From: Planctomycetota bacterium
Lineage (GTDB): Bacteria; Planctomycetota; UBA8108; SXIK01
DNA length: 64,000 bases
Direction: 5' to 3'
NCBI GenBank assembly: GCA_965223845.1
Contig: CBDCXR010000004.1
Coordinates: 928,001-992,000 of the forward strand
The notes below the pieces were generated by a model. It worked only from the letters and a program-made list of their open reading frames with translations. It ran no database searches and had not been told where the DNA came from. The position numbers were made by a program, and so were the translations under genes. Below are positions 60,301 to 64,000 of the stretch, piece by piece (within the stretch, counting starts at the first letter, position 1; each line of letters begins with the position of its first letter).

Positions 60301-60864
60301 GCGGAGGGGGGGCTCGTCGTCCAGGCCCGATTCAACGCGGGGGAGCGGTACGTCTTCACGGCGCTTCACCGTGAGCAACGTCCGTGGCGAAACGCGTTCT
60401 TCACGGCGAAGAGTGCGACGAAACCGGGGCCGGTCGAGATCCTCGGCTTACCGCCGGGGAGGTACCGGCTGGTCGTCGACCGCGCGGAGGGGAAGCGGTC
60501 GACTCGTGTGGGAGAGATCTTCGTCCAAATCGATTCCGGCGACCGTCACGAGCTCGAGCTCGAGCTCGATCCTGACGCCCCCGATTCCTTCGCGCGCCGC
60601 TTCGGCTCGATCGCCGGGTCAGTAGCGGGAGTCGGCGATCCGACTCGAGTGCGTGTCGATCTGGTTCCGAAGAGTGACCTCGAGGATCGCTACTCGTTCA
60701 CGCCTACTCTCTGCAACGCAGACGGAAGCTTCCAGCTTACGGGTGTCCCGGCTGGAGCCTACCTCGTCATCGCCCGCGAGGGAGGCCGGAATGCGCGCGA
60801 GGTTCGTGTCGAGGTTCGGGTCGATGCACGGCGACGAGCGGACGCACGACTCGTTTTCGAGTAG
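57343..60864 (+). CDS. ECF sigma-70 factor fused via a TM helix to carboxypeptidase-regulatory-like (Cna-B type) repeats
   Basis: Region 2 AFDELVSRY...DAEDVAQNCFLKL...LGAWLHRVA. Region 4 LPDPLR...TQEEIASDLGVSRQAV. TM segment AISAGLALALVLTITGIAYF. Repeated I.GRV.D..G.P...T..DG.F...L.PG.Y modules. Start set at ATG 57343. Confidence 0.88.
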   Translation: MPSHDHSLLERWLDRRDAEAFDELVSRYAGLVFATSQRVVRNEADAEDVAQNCFLKLARVKVLPRSSLGAWLHRVATRDAIDVVRARERRRRRERSFACKRGESGSEPTWSEIEEHVDECIAELPDPLRATIVAHFLDRKTQEEIASDLGVSRQAVSYRVRKGVERLRALLARRGVSASVGALGALLGAAPVEAAAPSTLLASLGRVALSGIAAPPVTPAAAAGAASGSVVPLGGVLMGKKLAISAGLALALVLTITGIAYFSGGADHHDDRADRSPVEDPARIDQPRPERPAEEVARVVQPRSSSPSDVQVAASDIEITGVVLSGDGEAVGGASVAVGIDSGEALRAAFRAETDRDGRFRLPIPEGVSAVHIGAFSGEFGLGGARVDEPNADAELEITLVPLCAIGGRVFERESEAGLAGLRLRLAVGPTADDSAAARSSDADAGRASVLFPEVADVATGAAATTVTNDEGLYRFFAIGPLRADVRFDAVESDYVVPGLDRTGRKPPIELAAGERRLDVDFALTLGGALRGVVLEPDGTPSAGSKVELVASFPTRARRLTCDDEGRFSFRGLATGANYVVQATQEGYAPTASESIALSAVEELSGIEIVLRVGAFASGRFIEEGGTPVSGLRVSVERPFEASFIRSGFDSIVTSDLGEFSIGPLAPGTYRLRPSTEAHNRRNFSLVMPDPTPPDSGDVEGLEFELARRAEGYIAGRVIDDEGRGVRAVVAVRRRGRLVERSVSGDDGAFRVDGLEEADDYLCLAQSSVHLGERVKNISTYTDDLVLLVRRRGRISARILDAVSGEPVAHCEVRVAFRRPDGNTFHTKWTPYDDPDGRIAIDGAESAPVQCQLHVRSPEHVSAKSSRFEVPPGGTSDEIEVRLERGPAIRGRIVDAESGEALEGVRVRSFTLDAYRPSLLNASQDAWGGDDLWKLGMSDVDGRFELRGYEAGSTIHIVAWKSGYGTVIRRGVRVVAGGVDTELALGAEGGLVVQARFNAGERYVFTALHREQRPWRNAFFTAKSATKPGPVEILGLPPGRYRLVVDRAEGKRSTRVGEIFVQIDSGDRHELELELDPDAPDSFARRFGSIAGSVAGVGDPTRVRVDLVPKSDLEDRYSFTPTLCNADGSFQLTGVPAGAYLVIAREGGRNAREVRVEVRVDARRRADARLVFE

Positions 60865-61075
60865 CACCCCTCGCAGTGCCGCGTAGAATTTGAGGCGTTC
60901 TCGGCTAGTCGCTGAACGTCGCGTCGGCAGCGGAGCCGTGATCCTCTGTGTGTGCACCGGAGGCAGACGGACGTGGTCGAGTCTCCACGTGTCGTGAGCG
61001 TCGCGCTTGCTCCGCACATTCACCTCTGACGCGGACGCCGTGCCGCACCGCGGCAACGGTCGCTGCTCTTCAGCT

Positions 61076-64000
61076 ATGAACGGCTCTCGGTGGCTCTTCG
61101 TTTCGCTCTCAGTGCTCGTCGGCGGCGCAGCGATCGGCGCCGAGTTCGAGCGCGATGTCGCGCCGATTCTCGTCGAGCGGTGTCTCGGATGTCATTCCGG
61201 AGCGGAGCCGAAGGCCGGGCTCGATCTCTCCACGCGCGAGGGTGCTCTTCGAGGCGGCGAGTCCGGGCCGGCGTTCGTCCCCGGCGACGTGGCGAGCCTC
61301 CTTCTCAAACGCGTGACGCGGGGCGAGATGCCTCCGCGCGAGGACGAGGACGACATCGGTCTTTCGACCTCCGAAGTCGGGACCCTGCGATCGTGGATCA
61401 GCGGGGGCGCCCCCTGGCCGGACGGGCGCCGACTCGATCCGTACGAGCGCACGACGACGAGTCGGGCCGGCTACGACTGGTGGAGCCTACGGCCGATCAC
61501 TCGTCCCGAGCCCCCCGCGGTGAGCGCCGGAGATCGCGTCGCGAATCCGATCGACTCGTTCATCCTCGAGCGACTCGAGTCCGAAGGAATGACGCTTGCT
61601 CCGCCGGCCGAGCCGCGCGCGCTGCTCCGGCGTCTCTACTTCGATCTCACCGGCCTTCCCCCGAGCTTCGAGGAGCTCGAGGCCTTCGCACGCGAGCCGA
61701 CAGCTGTCGAGTACGAGCGCGCGGTCGATCGACTCCTCGCTTCCCCTCACTACGGAGAGCGTTGGGCCCGCTACTGGCTCGATCTCGTTCGCTTCGCGGA
61801 GACGAACGGCTACGAGCGCGACGCGACGAAGCCGCACGCTTGGCGGTACCGCGACTACGTCGTCGAGTCGCTCAATTCCGACAAGCCGTACGACCGATTC
61901 GTCCTCGAGAATCTCGCCGGAGACGAACTCCCGGGGGCAAATGAAACAACGGTGATCGCGACGGGCTTCCTGCGCCTCGGAACGTGGGACGACGAACCGA
62001 ACGTTCCGAACGAGTACGTCTACGAGCGCCTCGAGGATCTCGTCCACACGACGTCGAGCACGTTCCTCGCGATGACGGTGAAGTGCGCGCGCTGTCACGA
62101 TCACAAGTTCGATCCGATCCCGCAGCTCGACTACTACCAGCTCGCGAGCGCGTTTTTCGCCGGCCCCGTGGAGCCCGCCGATCGGAAGCTCCAGGGTGGA
62201 CCGGCGCCGGAGCAACTCGGTTACGACGTGCTCGGCTGGACGGATCGCGGCCGCGAGGTGCCGGCGCTCCGGCTTCTGAAGAGCGGCGACCCGCATCGTC
62301 CTCTCGAGCCCGTCCGATCGGCGGCGCTGTCGATGGTGCGGGAGCTCGACCCGTCCTTCAGCGAGCCTCCGGCGGAGGCGAAGACGACGCAGCGTCGATT
62401 GCAGCTCGCGCGCTGGATTGTCGATCCCGCGAATCCGCTCACCCCGCGCGTCATCGCGAATCGCATCTGGCAGCACCACTTCGGGCGCGGGCTCGTCTCG
62501 ACGCCGAACAACTTCGGTTTCATGGGGGCGAAGCCCACGCATCCCGAGCTCCTCGATTGGCTCGCGAGCGAGCTCGTCCGCGGCGGCTGGAGACTGAAGC
62601 GGCTCCATCGGCTGATCGTACTCTCGAACTCGTACCGTTCGGCGTCGGTGAATCCGAGCGGTGCCGAGTACGAGAGCCGAGACCCTGAAGCGAGATGGCT
62701 CTGGCGGTTCCCCCGCCGCCGCCTCGACGCCGAGGCGCTCCGCGATGCGATGCTCGCCGTTTCCGGCGAGCTGGATCGTCGAGTCGGCGGGCCGAGCTTC
62801 TTCCCGCGAATCTCGCCCGAAGCGCTCGAGGGTCTGTCGCGAAAGGGCGCGACGTGGGGCGAATCTCCCGAATCGGAGCGGAAACGCCGCAGCCTCTACA
62901 TCTTTCACAAGCGCTCCCTCATCGTTCCGTTTCTCACGACGTTCGACTTTTGCGACACGACGACATCCTGCGCTTCGCGCGACGTGACGACGGTCGCGCC
63001 CCAGGCGCTCGCTCTTCTCAACAATCACTTCGTTCACGCCCGAAGCGCTGCCCTCGCGCGTCGCGTCGCGAAAGCAGGTCGAGAGCACCCCAAGCGGGTC
63101 GAGCTCGCGTGGCGTTTCGCCTTCGGACGCGACCCGTCCGAGCGAGAACGCGTTGCCGCGCTCGCTTACCTCGAGAGCGAAGAAACGACGCTGCTCGCGC
63201 GTTACGAGAAGGAAAAAGCGATCTACGAACGCCGACTCGAGGAGGCGCGTCTCCACGGCGACTCGGGCGAGTCGGCCATCGCGAACATCGACGGGCTCGC
63301 TCTTTGGCTGCGCGCCGATCGCGACGTCGAGCACGACGACGCGGGCCGCCTCGTACGCTGGAAGGATCAAGCCGGCGCCGACCGTCACGCAGCGCCGCCT
63401 ACGGTGGAGGCTCGTCCGCTCGTCGTCGCTGACGGGGCGAACGGGCGCCCGGCGCTGCGTTTCGACGGCAGGGACGATGCCCTCGCGATTTCAGGGGCCG
63501 TTCTTACTAATCAGCAGTTCACGATGTTCGCGGTCGCGGCCGACCGACATGCCGGCGGTGGACACCGCGAGATCATCTCCAACTGGAACCGCGACGGGAA
63601 TTCGACCACCTCGGTGTTTCTCGGGACGACGGGGGCCCGTTCGATTCGCTTCTCCGACCATTTCGCCCCGGCGGGACGACTCCACCGCCCGAGCGAGCTC
63701 TTTCTTCTCGGCGCACGCACGTCGCTGGCCGGAGCGGTGGTGCATCAGGGGGACGAAGTTCTCGCGAGGCGCGCGGAACCGCTGGCGAGGCGCCGCCTCG
63801 ACACACCTTGGGTCGTGGGGACTCAGGGCAACTACGGCTCGGAGTTCTGGCGGGGAGAGATCGCCGAGATCGTCGTCTTCGACCGCGCGCTGAGCGACGC
63901 CGAAAGTGCGGCGGTTCGCTCCGAGCTCACTTCGCGTTACCGGCTCGATCCGCGCTCGCGTCCCCCGGAGCCGCCGGCTGATCCCGCGCATCTCGCGCTC
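61076..64000 (+). CDS. Planctomycete cytochrome c protein (PSCyt1 + DUF1549 + DUF1553) with a LamG-like insert; 3' end beyond window
   Basis: Not in the ORF track. Manual translation gives MNGSRWLFVSLSVLVGGAAIGAEFERDVAPILVERCLGCH, then NPIDSFI, YGERWARYWLDLVRFAET, KCARCHDHKFDPIPQ, NRIWQHHFGRG and PTHPELLDWLA. The frame is consistent at 64000. Confidence 0.92.
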   Translation, partial: MNGSRWLFVSLSVLVGGAAIGAEFERDVAPILVERCLGCHSGAEPKAGLDLSTREGALRGGESGPAFVPGDVASLLLKRVTRGEMPPREDEDDIGLSTSEVGTLRSWISGGAPWPDGRRLDPYERTTTSRAGYDWWSLRPITRPEPPAVSAGDRVANPIDSFILERLESEGMTLAPPAEPRALLRRLYFDLTGLPPSFEELEAFAREPTAVEYERAVDRLLASPHYGERWARYWLDLVRFAETNGYERDATKPHAWRYRDYVVESLNSDKPYDRFVLENLAGDELPGANETTVIATGFLRLGTWDDEPNVPNEYVYERLEDLVHTTSSTFLAMTVKCARCHDHKFDPIPQLDYYQLASAFFAGPVEPADRKLQGGPAPEQLGYDVLGWTDRGREVPALRLLKSGDPHRPLEPVRSAALSMVRELDPSFSEPPAEAKTTQRRLQLARWIVDPANPLTPRVIANRIWQHHFGRGLVSTPNNFGFMGAKPTHPELLDWLASELVRGGWRLKRLHRLIVLSNSYRSASVNPSGAEYESRDPEARWLWRFPRRRLDAEALRDAMLAVSGELDRRVGGPSFFPRISPEALEGLSRKGATWGESPESERKRRSLYIFHKRSLIVPFLTTFDFCDTTTSCASRDVTTVAPQALALLNNHFVHARSAALARRVAKAGREHPKRVELAWRFAFGRDPSERERVAALAYLESEETTLLARYEKEKAIYERRLEEARLHGDSGESAIANIDGLALWLRADRDVEHDDAGRLVRWKDQAGADRHAAPPTVEARPLVVADGANGRPALRFDGRDDALAISGAVLTNQQFTMFAVAADRHAGGGHREIISNWNRDGNSTTSVFLGTTGARSIRFSDHFAPAGRLHRPSELFLLGARTSLAGAVVHQGDEVLARRAEPLARRRLDTPWVVGTQGNYGSEFWRGEIAEIVVFDRALSDAESAAVRSELTSRYRLDPRSRPPEPPADPAHLAL

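Noticed and set aside
61487-63388. 633-aa minus-strand ORF (also 48224..49975 and 27851..29485)
   Set aside because: Antisense to recognisable + strand genes, with no family motifs.

Overview
GC-rich bacterial DNA, very probably Planctomycetota: it carries a PSCyt1/DUF1549/DUF1553 cytochrome, dockerin-like C-terminal tags and an ECF sigma factor with a large extracytoplasmic extension. Left half (1-36 kb): large secreted modular proteins built from lamin-tail domains, CotH-like kinase domains, TSP3 Ca-binding repeats, an unnamed ~180-aa Trp-rich domain present in 9 copies across 4 genes, and C-terminal dockerin-like tags. A Ser/Thr kinase plus beta-barrel pair, a GT-C-like membrane protein, isocitrate dehydrogenase and a Mesh1-like HD hydrolase are interspersed. 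Best lead: two same-frame minus-strand ORFs (24541..26499 and 22543..24519) are separated only by a UGA. Eleven nt downstream lies a 17-nt hairpin containing CAGGUC, like the E. coli fdhF SECIS. This suggests one 1318-aa FG-GAP/ASPIC-UnbV/redoxin/TPR selenoprotein lipoprotein. A long paired RNA-like element lies at ~9300-9510. Right half: an ATP-grasp ligase plus zincin pair, a DUF434-like gene, a sulfated-polysaccharide locus (gmd, methyltransferases, sulfotransferase, Wzy-like, Wzx, beta-helix, GT2), a pentapeptide-TIR/XRE islet behind tRNA-Gly(CCC), a four-gene putative sugar-acid catabolic operon, a membrane-anchored ECF sigma factor and a partial planctomycete cytochrome c. All calls are by-eye motif recognition; no searches or folding programs were run.
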